Source of the DNA: an uncultured Nitrososphaerota archaeon | Lineage (GTDB): Archaea > Asgardarchaeota > Njordarchaeia > Njordarchaeales > Njordarchaeaceae | DNA: 64,000 nucleotides | Direction of reading: 5' to 3' | NCBI GenBank assembly: GCA_964518475.1 | Contig: CAZFGR010000001.1 | Span: 338,641 to 402,640 of the forward strand | Made by a program: the position numbers and the translations under genes | The notes under the pieces: model-generated | Seen by the model: the letters and a program-made list of their open reading frames with translations, nothing else | Database searches by the model: none | What the model was told of the DNA's origin: nothing | Shown here: piece after piece, positions 9,746 to 18,643 of the stretch | Layout: each line of letters begins with the position of its first letter | Position numbering within the stretch: the first letter of the stretch is position 1

Positions 9746-10420
9746 ATGTCCCATGAAAAAAGAGGCCATCCATTAACTGAGGCAGAAACTAAAGCACTTC
9801 TCGAAAAATACGGAATCCCCTTCCCTAAAAGAGCTATAGCTAAGAGTAAGGAAGAGGCAGTTGAGAAAGCTAAGGAAATAGGTTTCCCAATTGTAATGAA
9901 AATCTTAAGCCCAGACATTATCCATAAAACAGATGTTGGGGGAGTTATATTAGACATAAAGAATGAAAATGAGGTCGCAACAGCATGGGACAACATGATG
10001 AACAATGTTAAGAAAAAAGCTCCATCAGCGAGAATCGAAGGTGTGTTATTAGAGGAAATGATTAAAGGCGGTTACGAAGTAATTATTGGAGGCCTGCGTG
10101 ATCCCGTATTCGGTCCTGTTGTAATGTTTGGTGGCTTGGGGGGAATTTATGTCGAACTTTTTGAAGATGTATCATTTAGACTTGCTCCAATAGACGAGAG
10201 AGAAGCTGAAGAAATGATGAAAGAAACTAAAGGTTATCAAATCCTAGCTGGTTATAGAGGAATGGAAAAAGGAGATTTAGAGGGACTCAAAAAACTTTTA
10301 GTAAAGGTTTCGCAAATAATGGCAGAACATTCAGAGATACTTGAGCTTGACTTGAACCCAGTGCGCGTCTTTCCAAATCGAGTCGTGGTTCTAGACGCTA
10401 AATGTATCGTCAGTCGGTGA
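9746..10420 (+). CDS. acdB: ADP-forming acyl-CoA synthetase beta subunit (ATP-grasp)
   Basis: MKILSPDIIHKTDVGGV (phospho-His), DPVFGPVVMFG, ELDLNPV; SD-like AAGGTGA before ATG 9746. Confidence 0.9.
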   Translation: MSHEKRGHPLTEAETKALLEKYGIPFPKRAIAKSKEEAVEKAKEIGFPIVMKILSPDIIHKTDVGGVILDIKNENEVATAWDNMMNNVKKKAPSARIEGVLLEEMIKGGYEVIIGGLRDPVFGPVVMFGGLGGIYVELFEDVSFRLAPIDEREAEEMMKETKGYQILAGYRGMEKGDLEGLKKLLVKVSQIMAEHSEILELDLNPVRVFPNRVVVLDAKCIVSR

Positions 10421-10653
10421 AGATATTGAAAAATGCTTACTTATTTCCATTCTTTTTAATATTATTCGCATGGTTATTCTTAGTCTTGATTATTCCAATT
10501 ATAGCTAAATTCTCTCTTACAATTATAATGCCTCATAGACTCCTAACAAATATTGCTAGAGTTCTAATCCCATTAATCACGTTCTTACTTTTCCTATACC
10601 TATGGTATAAGTTGGCTGAAATATATATAAACAGACTCTCAACACCTCAGTAA
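10402..10653 (+). CDS. Small two-TM membrane protein
   Basis: Two hydrophobic helices; overlaps the acdB stop; true start may be GTG 10417. Confidence 0.55.
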   Translation: MYRQSVKILKNAYLFPFFLILFAWLFLVLIIPIIAKFSLTIIMPHRLLTNIARVLIPLITFLLFLYLWYKLAEIYINRLSTPQ

Positions 10654-10758
10654 AAGAGGAAATTTTTACCTTATAGGTAAACTAGTCTGTAATAGTGTAA
10701 TTATTTTTAAGAAGAAATCTAACTCATAGCAAAATCGATTATCATTCATGAACTTTGT

Positions 10759-10815
10759 TGCAATGATGAAAAACCCCTTCTCTGATCATTGATGAGGGTT
10801 CCGAGTACTGAGCTT
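10759..10815 (+). ncRNA. Box C/D guide RNA
   Basis: ATGATGA-AAAACCCCTTCT-CTGA-tca-TTGATGA-GGGTTCCGAGTA-CTGA; all four boxes near-perfect, 12-nt guides. Confidence 0.9.
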
Positions 10816-10884
10816 TTAATTAACCATATTCTATAAATCTCAAATTAATTAGGGTTAAGAAATTGGGTCTTTTGGAGGAGATAG

Positions 10885-12060
10885 ATGAAAACCGATCTGT
10901 TCCTGATATATTTTGAGACCTCTATTATTCGGGCGTGGCCTCTAGATCAGAAAGGACTCCCCTTTTTAAGTCTTCTTGGAAAACCTCTGATAGTACATGT
11001 TCTTAATAATTATAGAGAAGCGCTAAACATAGGTGACATTTACTTACTCCATAATAAGCGATTAGATAGCAAAATAACTGAGGTTCTCTCACAGCATAGG
11101 ATAAATACTCAACAAATAAGCCTTAAAGAACTTAAAAGCGAAAGAGATATCCTAGCTAATCTATTAGAAGTAATCGCACCAGAATCCACATCCGATACTA
11201 TAACCATTGCATGGGCACATGATATAGTTGGTAGCTGGTTAGTAAAGGATTTCGCAGAGATAAATAAGGGGCACAGTTTTTTCCTATGTTCTAATAGAGG
11301 CAATCTAGGTCCCTTAGGTGGTATATGGGTACTAGATAGATCCACGATAGTAAATCTTCAAAAAAAGATTACAACAGTAGAAAAGGATCCTTGGAAGTCT
11401 ATAGTTCCATCGATTAAAGTTAATGGATATTCGATTCCCGTTTATCCATGGGAGTTTTTTCTAATATTTCATAAATTCTTGGAAAAAACAGTAAGCAACA
11501 AATATATTCATCCAGCGGCGAAAGTAAGCAAGTGGGCTTCAATAGAAGGCCCCGTATATATTGATGAAGAAGCAACAGTGCTTTCTTTCGCAAGTATTAA
11601 AGGACCAGCATATATTGGAAAAAATGTAGTAATCGGCGACCATACTCTGATAAGAAATAGTATTATTGAAGAAAACTGCGTAATAGGATGTCACATGGAA
11701 GTAGCTAGAAGCATTATACAACCAAAAACAGAAACTCATTCCGGCTTTCTAGGTGATTCCATTCTAGACGAAAAAACTCATTTAGGAGCAGGTTTTATCT
11801 CAGCAAATTTACGGCTAGACAGAAAAAATGTGCGCGTAAAAATAGGTAACAGAAAAATAGATTCTGGCCTGAAAAAACTAGGGGTGATAACGGGTTTTCA
11901 AGCAAATTTCGGTGTTTCTGTGTCAACTATGCCTGGTATCCTCGTAGGAAAACGTGCAATAATAGGTCCTGGAACCATTCTTTTTGAAAATGTACCTGAT
12001 GACACTATAGTATACAGCAAATGCGCTACCATTATCAGAAAGAAGGAATCTAAGGTTTAA
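10885..12060 (+). CDS. GlmU-like protein: degenerate nucleotidyltransferase domain plus left-handed beta-helix
   Basis: Hexapeptide repeats (IEGPVYID, IKGPAYIG), LGDSILD, GAGFISANLRLD, KKLGVI; the N-terminal GxGxR signature is absent. Confidence 0.75.
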   Translation: MKTDLFLIYFETSIIRAWPLDQKGLPFLSLLGKPLIVHVLNNYREALNIGDIYLLHNKRLDSKITEVLSQHRINTQQISLKELKSERDILANLLEVIAPESTSDTITIAWAHDIVGSWLVKDFAEINKGHSFFLCSNRGNLGPLGGIWVLDRSTIVNLQKKITTVEKDPWKSIVPSIKVNGYSIPVYPWEFFLIFHKFLEKTVSNKYIHPAAKVSKWASIEGPVYIDEEATVLSFASIKGPAYIGKNVVIGDHTLIRNSIIEENCVIGCHMEVARSIIQPKTETHSGFLGDSILDEKTHLGAGFISANLRLDRKNVRVKIGNRKIDSGLKKLGVITGFQANFGVSVSTMPGILVGKRAIIGPGTILFENVPDDTIVYSKCATIIRKKESKV

Positions 12061-12120
12061 ATTTTGCAGAGAGAAATACTCCTCTAGTTTCCTTCTTCCA
12101 GTAATAACGATGCATGATTT

Positions 12121-12336
12121 TTAAAGTTTAAGAATAAGCTCGGCTGCCTTTTTCACATCCTCTTTCATAATTGTTCTCCTTTTAGCATGTTGTGCCAATT
12201 CAACAGCTACCTTTGCGATTTTTACAACTATATCTTCAACAATTTCTCTCATAGTTTCTACGGCCTCTTTACTTACTCTCTCAGCTCCTGCTTTATATAT
12301 TAGCCTTCGAATACCCGCTAAAGACAAGTCCGCCAT
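12121..12336 (-). CDS. Archaeal histone (HMf family)
   Basis: LSLAGIRRLI, AGAERVS and HAKRRTIMKEDV histone-fold motifs; no tail. Confidence 0.95.
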   Translation of the reverse strand: MADLSLAGIRRLIYKAGAERVSKEAVETMREIVEDIVVKIAKVAVELAQHAKRRTIMKEDVKKAAELILKL

Positions 12337-12374
12337 GATGTTTCCCTCTCCAAATTATCTTGCTTTATATCATT

Positions 12375-12854
12375 TCATTTAGAAACGCATATTTTTGTAT
12401 TTCTATGCTTCGCAAAAGAAATAGCTTCATGAATAATTCTGCTTAAGAAAGACTTTGTTAATTTCTTCTCATTGGTTATCTTTTTAGCAATCGCTTCTAA
12501 AATCTTGAATAAGGCATCTATATCAGCATTAGCGGTAGCCTCTAATACAACATAGTTTATACCGATTCGTCCATCGATTTTTGATTTAAACTCCTTTAGT
12601 AGCACCCTAGTGTTATCTCTCAGAATTATCTCTTTAGCATATTTTCCAGCAATAGCTAATTCGACAGTAAACGCACTATTGCTTAATAGTTCAGTCACTA
12701 ATCTGCTTCTACGATTGTAATAATATTTAATAATCGGTCCAATGGCATCATCAAATTCTATAATAACTATTCCTCGTCCTCCTAAAGCTTTAAGAGATCT
12801 TCTCACAGAATCACTAAGTCTAAGTCGTTCTGGCTTCATTATCTTTTCTAACAT
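12375..12854 (-). CDS. Longin/uDENN-like domain protein
   Basis: IVIIEFDDAIGPIIKYYY matches the hhhxFxxxxGP beta-hairpin signature of uDENN/longin domains. Confidence 0.55.
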   Translation of the reverse strand: MLEKIMKPERLRLSDSVRRSLKALGGRGIVIIEFDDAIGPIIKYYYNRRSRLVTELLSNSAFTVELAIAGKYAKEIILRDNTRVLLKEFKSKIDGRIGINYVVLEATANADIDALFKILEAIAKKITNEKKLTKSFLSRIIHEAISFAKHRNTKICVSK

Positions 12855-13040
12855 TCTAGTTTACCCCACTCAAAATAAGGGAAAAATCACTTTTCTACCC
12901 CCTAAGATCTATCAATTTACTAAAAATATCAGATATTATCATGAAAATACTTCTACGTAACTTCAACAACATTTTTCTACAGTTTTCCGATGCATCATTA
13001 ATTTCCAGAGAAAATCAAAAAAGAAGAAGTTGGAAGGTAT

Positions 13041-13155
13041 TGGCGCCGGGGGGCGGACTCGAACCGCCGACCTCCCGGTTTCTGCCAATTTGTAGCTTAC
13101 TTATTTAGTTGTGCATGATAACAGCCGGACGCTCTACCAGCTGAGCTACCCCGGC
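13041..13155 (-). tRNA. tRNA-Asn(GTT) with 39-nt canonical 37/38 intron (13080-13118)
   Basis: Cloverleaf; BHB helix CTGT/GCAG, bulges TA^T and AA^A; CCA encoded. Confidence 0.93.
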
Positions 13156-13323
13156 AACCTTTTTCTATTACATAATACCCTCTACTAATTGGCAGAGGTT
13201 ATAAATTTAACTTTCTTTTACTCGATCTTCTCGCTTTATTTCTATTTCCTAGGTACGGATTTTTCCTATATTTAGTTTTATTTTAATCAACGGGAGAATA
13301 AGTATGTGAGAGTTTGTGAGGTT

Positions 13324-13737
13324 CTATTTCTTGGCGACGAACTTTGATGATCTTGTAGCTCCTTTTCCTGGAGCTGAGTGTTGTACTGGTTTATTCGTCG
13401 GAGCGAATTCTCCCAAATAGTGGAATATCATTGGAGGCGTTATTCTAATGGTTACAAATTCTTTTCCATTGTGTATTGCTATTTTTCTTCCAATCATTTC
13501 TGGTAAAATAATCATATCTCTGACATGAGTTCTGATTACTTTATTTGGATACTTTCTTAATTTTTCGAGCAATTTCCTTTGTTCGGGAGTTAAACCCCTC
13601 TTTAAGCTCCTTCTAATACGAGCTGGTGCTATCTCAGCTAGTTTTTCTAAGGGCATTTCTAATAATTCCTCTAACGTGTATCCACGATAAGTAAACCTTT
13701 TCCAGGAACTTGGTAATTTGCTAATATCAAGGCTCAT
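13324..13737 (-). CDS. rps19p: 30S ribosomal protein uS19
   Basis: [41 protein letters not shown]. Confidence 0.97.
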   Translation of the reverse strand: MSLDISKLPSSWKRFTYRGYTLEELLEMPLEKLAEIAPARIRRSLKRGLTPEQRKLLEKLRKYPNKVIRTHVRDMIILPEMIGRKIAIHNGKEFVTIRITPPMIFHYLGEFAPTNKPVQHSAPGKGATRSSKFVAKK

Positions 13738-13855
13738 TGTTCATCCCAACCTTCAATAATACCTATGACTATTAAGCTTTTTCTATTCGCCAGCGTTTAT
13801 TTTAAAAGTATTCCCTTCTGATTCTTCCAAATTGAATGTTTATTCGGTGCTCCTC

Positions 13856-14332
13856 ATGTCTGAGGAATTACGAGTAAGAAAAATAAAGAATGGTACTGTA
13901 ATAGATCATATACCTAGCGGACGTTCTTTAGCAGTTTTACGAATTCTCGGAATAAAGGGTGATGAAGGACTAGTAGTTGCTATTGTAATGAATGTGGAGT
14001 CCCGTAAATTGGGAAGAAAAGATATTGTAAAGATAGAGGATCGTGAATTAAGCCAAGAAGAAGTAAATAAAATAGCTCTTATTGCTCCAACCGCTACGAT
14101 AAATATTATTAGAAATTACGAGGTTGTTAAAAAGTATAGAGTTTCTCTCCCTAACGAGATAGTTAATTTAGTAAGATGTGTGAACCCTACGTGTATTACT
14201 AATAAGCCTAACGAACCAATAAAGCCTCTTTTCACAGTTGTTTCTCGGAACCCAGTAAAACTTCAGTGCACTTATTGTGGCACATATATCAACTATAATG
14301 ATATACTGCTACAATTAGCAGGCAGAAAATAA
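13856..14332 (+). CDS. pyrI: Aspartate carbamoyltransferase regulatory chain
   Basis: [26 protein letters not shown]...CTYC zinc site. Confidence 0.96.
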   Translation: MSEELRVRKIKNGTVIDHIPSGRSLAVLRILGIKGDEGLVVAIVMNVESRKLGRKDIVKIEDRELSQEEVNKIALIAPTATINIIRNYEVVKKYRVSLPNEIVNLVRCVNPTCITNKPNEPIKPLFTVVSRNPVKLQCTYCGTYINYNDILLQLAGRK

Positions 14333-14341
14333 AGTGTGACT

Positions 14342-14974
14342 TTAATAGAGGTACTGTTCAGTCTCCTCAACAACTATCCTATAAGATACCTCCTCACCCG
14401 CGGGTGTTAACTGTTTTAAAATCTCATAGGCTTTTTCTCCGAATTTTTTCCCATAACGCTTAATTAGTTCTTCTTTAGGAATTACTCTCCTCTTGATTTC
14501 TATTACATCACCTGGTTTTGCTCTAAGGATTCTTACTGCTGGATCCGTCACTAGTATCTTAGGTAATAGATCTGGGTTACCACCAGCATACCTCTCAATT
14601 ATTTCCTTAGCTTCTTCTGGAGACAACACTCGATGCTCTGGAACTAACCAGTGGTCAAAGATATAAACTAATGGGGCGCCTCTGTGTATAAATTCGACCT
14701 TGTTTTCTTTACCTATCTCCTCTGCTTGCGTAGTTACCTTATCCAAGGTGGCTATCATGATCTCATTGCATTCAAGTTCTCTTGCATCATTGATGACTCT
14801 CCTTACCAATTGAACGGATACTTGTCTATCTGTAACGTATACATAAGCTCTAGACTCTCCTTTCTTGAAAATTGCGACTTTTGCTCGCTCTTTCTCTTGA
14901 AGCTCTAGTAATTTATAACCTCTTCCTTTCTCCCAGATTTTCTTGACATTTTCCCAAAGTACGTCTATGCTCAT
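14342..14974 (-). CDS. rpoH: RNA polymerase subunit H/Rpb5, long form with N-terminal domain
   Basis: C-terminal [39 protein letters not shown]; about 105 aa extra N-terminal domain. Confidence 0.92.
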   Translation of the reverse strand: MSIDVLWENVKKIWEKGRGYKLLELQEKERAKVAIFKKGESRAYVYVTDRQVSVQLVRRVINDARELECNEIMIATLDKVTTQAEEIGKENKVEFIHRGAPLVYIFDHWLVPEHRVLSPEEAKEIIERYAGGNPDLLPKILVTDPAVRILRAKPGDVIEIKRRVIPKEELIKRYGKKFGEKAYEILKQLTPAGEEVSYRIVVEETEQYLY

Positions 14975-15060
14975 GCCACATCCCATATCTCACTATTCAC
15001 AATATTGTTATCAAAAAGTGATAGGAGTTATAAATAGATTTTGCGTGCGTAGATTATTCG

Positions 15061-16383
15061 ATGAGTATCAGGGTGAGAAGAATGTCCAAAAGATTACTCG
15101 GGCTCTTGTTCATATCACTATTACTACTATCGCTTAACACCACCTTATCTATAACCAGGATAAACAGTCAGAGCCAGGAACCCATAATTTTCGTCTATTA
15201 CTCAAGGGAAAACGAGCTCTCTAAGGGAGATCTAACCCTCTTCTTCCAGAAAATTAATAGTAGTGGCTTCGAATTAAAGGAAACTACTAGCCTAGAAGAT
15301 TATGGGACTCTAGAGGGAGCTGATGTCATATTAATCCTAGGCTCAAAAAATCTCAACTTTATCAAGAAGGATATATTGCTTAGATTCCTCGTTGAAGGTG
15401 GCTCGTTAATTATCGCTTTGCCAACGGAGAGTATTTCTCTCTACAACGACTTAGTACTGGAGTACTTTTCATACAAAATAGGAGGAACTATTAAGGATAA
15501 CACCTCATACTACGAGAAAATCTCAACAGTTATTGTTGATAACTCAACTATCTTATCGAATCACCCGCTCACCAAGAATTTATCAAAAATTATAGTTCCT
15601 GAAGGATTAGGACTTGTATATGAGAACAGTACGAATGTATTCCCATTACCTTACCACGCATACACCATAATCTGGGGATCGAACACTACATACATAGATA
15701 AGAATAATAATGATAAGAAAGACCCAGAAGAACCGTCTGGTAATAATGTTACATGTTGCCTTGTCATAGAGCTATATTCTGGTGGTAAGATTGTCATCTT
15801 ACCTTCTGTAAAGATGCTCTCTGATGAGCATTTATCAAATCCACGTTTCGGAAATAAATTCCTTGCTTACCGAATAATTGATTGGTTAGGAGGCCGGTAC
15901 GCGACCATCTATATAAAAGATCTAAAAGTTAGCACCACTTATATTGATCTAGACAATCCAAATTCTAGAGTAAATGTGAGCTTTGAAGTCGTGGACGAGA
16001 AAAACAGACCAGTAGAAAATCTCACTGCACTAGTATGCTTGGTAAGACTTGGTCACGTTCTCAAAAACTTCACAGCCATTCGAATTAACGAGACAAATTA
16101 CTATGTGGAGATATCATTTGAAAACCTAACAATTAGTAGAGGCATTATCTACTTAATGGTGTTGGTGTACAAGCAATTCTATGGATACTATTGGTCAGAA
16201 GCTGTAAGACTTTACTTGTATAAGAGCCCACTTCCCGTAACAGGTGCTGATCAAATATTACTCGTATTGGGATTTATAATACCTGTAATACTAGGGATAG
16301 TCCTACTTGTTGCAACATACCCAGAATATCGAAGAAATAGAGGACGATTAAAGAAAGCATACAAAAAAATCTCTAAGTCTTAG
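15061..16383 (+). CDS. Membrane-anchored protein with WBP1/OST48-GldG/IFT52-like domain and Ig-like domain
   Basis: Signal peptide, DVILILG..LLRFLVEGGSLII, HPLT, GGKIVIL..MLSD..N..LAYRIIDWL, C-terminal TM plus Lys-rich tail; many NxS/T sequons. Confidence 0.55.
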   Translation: MSIRVRRMSKRLLGLLFISLLLLSLNTTLSITRINSQSQEPIIFVYYSRENELSKGDLTLFFQKINSSGFELKETTSLEDYGTLEGADVILILGSKNLNFIKKDILLRFLVEGGSLIIALPTESISLYNDLVLEYFSYKIGGTIKDNTSYYEKISTVIVDNSTILSNHPLTKNLSKIIVPEGLGLVYENSTNVFPLPYHAYTIIWGSNTTYIDKNNNDKKDPEEPSGNNVTCCLVIELYSGGKIVILPSVKMLSDEHLSNPRFGNKFLAYRIIDWLGGRYATIYIKDLKVSTTYIDLDNPNSRVNVSFEVVDEKNRPVENLTALVCLVRLGHVLKNFTAIRINETNYYVEISFENLTISRGIIYLMVLVYKQFYGYYWSEAVRLYLYKSPLPVTGADQILLVLGFIIPVILGIVLLVATYPEYRRNRGRLKKAYKKISKS

Positions 16384-17512
16384 CCTTCTTTTCCTCTTCT
16401 TCTCTAATCTTCTTTATGATCTCGGATATTTTGACCTCTTTTTTCCTCTCTTCTCGCTTTTTGGCAACCTCTCTCTCCTTCCTAGATGCTATAGGAATAA
16501 TAGCTAATGCTGGTAACGGAAGAATGAGAAATACCACATATACAGGTCTTACTGGTAGAGTTCTCTCAACCCTCCATTTATCAATATCAAGCACCCATTG
16601 AAACAGGTTTATGAAGAATTTTGCTACATCTCCTACTTCTATCCAAGGTATACCGAGAGGAGAGGTAATATTTGTAAAAACTTGTCCAAATCCGAGCCCA
16701 ATTATTTTACCGTCATTTATCTTCTTAACGACAAGAATTGGGAACCCTTCTTGCTCCCACCTAATTTCATTATCTATATCTATGCTGCAAGCTGTTGGTA
16801 GTGTTCTTATCTTCATTAAATCTTCGGATTCCTCTATAATTTCTAGCGACGCTGTCTCTAGATATATTGGTGCAGATACGTTCTCTAAGAGCTTTTCTTT
16901 CAATTCCTCGTCGTCAAAGATTGTAGAATTTTGTAAAATTAGAAGACTACCATTCCCGTTTACATAATCGTATATTATGTCGCTTTTCTCGTTCTTAGCA
17001 TAAAAACGAAAGCCCACTGTGATATTATAAGTTTCTATATCTGAAAGAAGATCATTGATTAAAACCACACTTACGTTGTCCCTAAATGTTTCATCTATGG
17101 GAACACCAAGGAAGATGACGTTCCCACCTAATGAGACATAACTCGCTATTGCTCTAGCTTCTTCAGAGGCATACCTTACATATCCACTATTCGGTGGGAT
17201 CATAAGAATATCGACACCAGAGAGAAATGTCGCGTTGATTTGCCCTCTTAAAACTGTTACTTTAAGAGGAAGCGATAAAGAGTTATTGAGCTCCTCAAAC
17301 GCTATCATAAGTTCCTTGTAACCGAATAAAGGTGCGTGGTGCTCATCGATAGCAATCACTACAGCTTCTTTGATAAATATAGCTTCTTCCGCATGCAATT
17401 GTACGACGTTAGAAAAAGCAGTTGTTACGAGAGGAGACATTATCAATAAAAAAATGAGGAAGACTCTTGAATTGCTCGACATGATACTCGCTCTCTCCCC
17501 ATATTTTAGCAT
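16373..17512 (-). CDS. Membrane-anchored protein with GldG/IFT52/DUF4350-like (WBP1-related) domain
   Basis: Signal peptide, IAIDEHH, DILMIPP..E..AI..YVSLGGNVIFLG, GKIIGLG..FFINLFQW, C-terminal TM plus charged tail. Confidence 0.55.
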   Translation of the reverse strand: MLKYGERASIMSSNSRVFLIFLLIMSPLVTTAFSNVVQLHAEEAIFIKEAVVIAIDEHHAPLFGYKELMIAFEELNNSLSLPLKVTVLRGQINATFLSGVDILMIPPNSGYVRYASEEARAIASYVSLGGNVIFLGVPIDETFRDNVSVVLINDLLSDIETYNITVGFRFYAKNEKSDIIYDYVNGNGSLLILQNSTIFDDEELKEKLLENVSAPIYLETASLEIIEESEDLMKIRTLPTACSIDIDNEIRWEQEGFPILVVKKINDGKIIGLGFGQVFTNITSPLGIPWIEVGDVAKFFINLFQWVLDIDKWRVERTLPVRPVYVVFLILPLPALAIIPIASRKEREVAKKREERKKEVKISEIIKKIREEEEKKAKT

Positions 17513-17515
17513 CTT

Positions 17516-17725
17516 TTATTCGTAATACTTCTTCAAGATTTTTGCATAAATTTCTGCTTTTCCTCCAGTGGGTTCTGCCAGAACCTTACCACACACCAAA
17601 CATTTAACAATCGTGGATGCATGCGAGAAGATTATCTGCTTATTCGAACAGTCGGGGCACTGTACTAACAGGAAATAGGACTTTGGTTTTGGAAACAATT
17701 TTCTTAATTTGTCATCCCGCGTCAT
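17516..17725 (-). CDS. rps27e: 30S ribosomal protein eS27
   Basis: PKSYFLLVQCPDCSNKQIIFSHA..VKCLVCG..LAEPTGGKA. Confidence 0.96.
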   Translation of the reverse strand: MTRDDKLRKLFPKPKSYFLLVQCPDCSNKQIIFSHASTIVKCLVCGKVLAEPTGGKAEIYAKILKKYYE

Positions 17726-17739
17726 TCAAATCACCCATT

Positions 17740-17801
17740 GGTATCAGCTAAAGGAATTCTCTTCATTTATCTAATCGGAGGATCACCTCTTCATCATCTT
17801 A
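17740..17801 (-). ncRNA. Box C/D guide RNA (16S 3' end plus 16S ~911-921)
   Basis: Minus strand reads ATGATGA-AGAGGTGATCCT-CCGA-ttagataa-ATGAAGA-GAATTCCTTTAG-CTGA; guides are antisense to GGAUCACCUC and UAAAGGAAUU. Confidence 0.87.
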
Positions 17802-17979
17802 ACTTTCATGTGGGTCTGCTCTCGTAATAAAAATTTATCTCGTTACTTCTGAGAAAACTCGCAGGATGCATGGTTTTTTCCTAGATTCTAACATCAATCT
17901 ATATTCACAACTTATTTTTATAATGTTTTTAAGGACTTGATTAAAAATCAAGCCCGAGGACTTGGGGATGTGAATCTAT

Positions 17980-18297
17980 ATGAAAGTAGCTGTTATTGGA
18001 GATGAGATATTAGTTCATGCGCTAGAGCTAATCGGAGCGGAGGGCTTTATCATAGAAAGCGACAATCAAGTCCCAGAACTGCTCAGAAAGCTTGCGAGTA
18101 AAAATGAGTATGGGATAATAATTTTGCCCGAGAGATTCGTGTCTATGACCCGACCTTTAAGAGAAGAACTAATTCGTCGATCAGAAATCACGCCTATTTT
18201 TATCTTCGTTCCCGATTTGACGGAGATAAAGGGCGAGAGAGCAAAAGAACTTCAACGAATGATCTCACTAGCCATAGGAACCGAATATGAATTGTGA
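17980..18297 (+). CDS. atpF: A/V-type ATP synthase subunit F
   Basis: MKVAVIGD...ELIG, YGIIIL; first gene of the ATPase cluster. Confidence 0.88.
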   Translation: MKVAVIGDEILVHALELIGAEGFIIESDNQVPELLRKLASKNEYGIIILPERFVSMTRPLREELIRRSEITPIFIFVPDLTEIKGERAKELQRMISLAIGTEYEL

Positions 18298-18340
18298 GGA
18301 GTACTACGGGAAGGGAAAGAAATATTTTGAGGGGAGTTAT

Positions 18341-18643
18341 ATGTCACTAGATGTGTTGTTAGAAGCGGAACTTCTCTCGCGGAAAAAACTAGAAGAAGCA
18401 AAAGAAAAAGCTAAGGAAATATTAAAAGAAGCTCAGAAAAAAGCTCAAGAGATAACTCGACGAGAAACGCTAGAAAAGCGTTTAGAGGAACACCTAGAGA
18501 AAAAACGCATTGAATTAGAGGAAGAAGCTCGAAGGATAAGAGAAGATTTTGATAAGCGCGTCAAGAAAATTTACGAAATTCCCGACGAAATATTAGATGA
18601 AATAGCCGAAAAAATCTTGAAGGAGGTTATTGGGTTTGAGTGA
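18341..18643 (+). CDS. atpH: A/V-type ATP synthase subunit H/G (peripheral stalk)
   Basis: Charged coiled coil (LEEAKEKAKEILKEAQKKA) between F and E; SD GGGGAG before ATG 18341. Confidence 0.72.
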   Translation: MSLDVLLEAELLSRKKLEEAKEKAKEILKEAQKKAQEITRRETLEKRLEEHLEKKRIELEEEARRIREDFDKRVKKIYEIPDEILDEIAEKILKEVIGFE

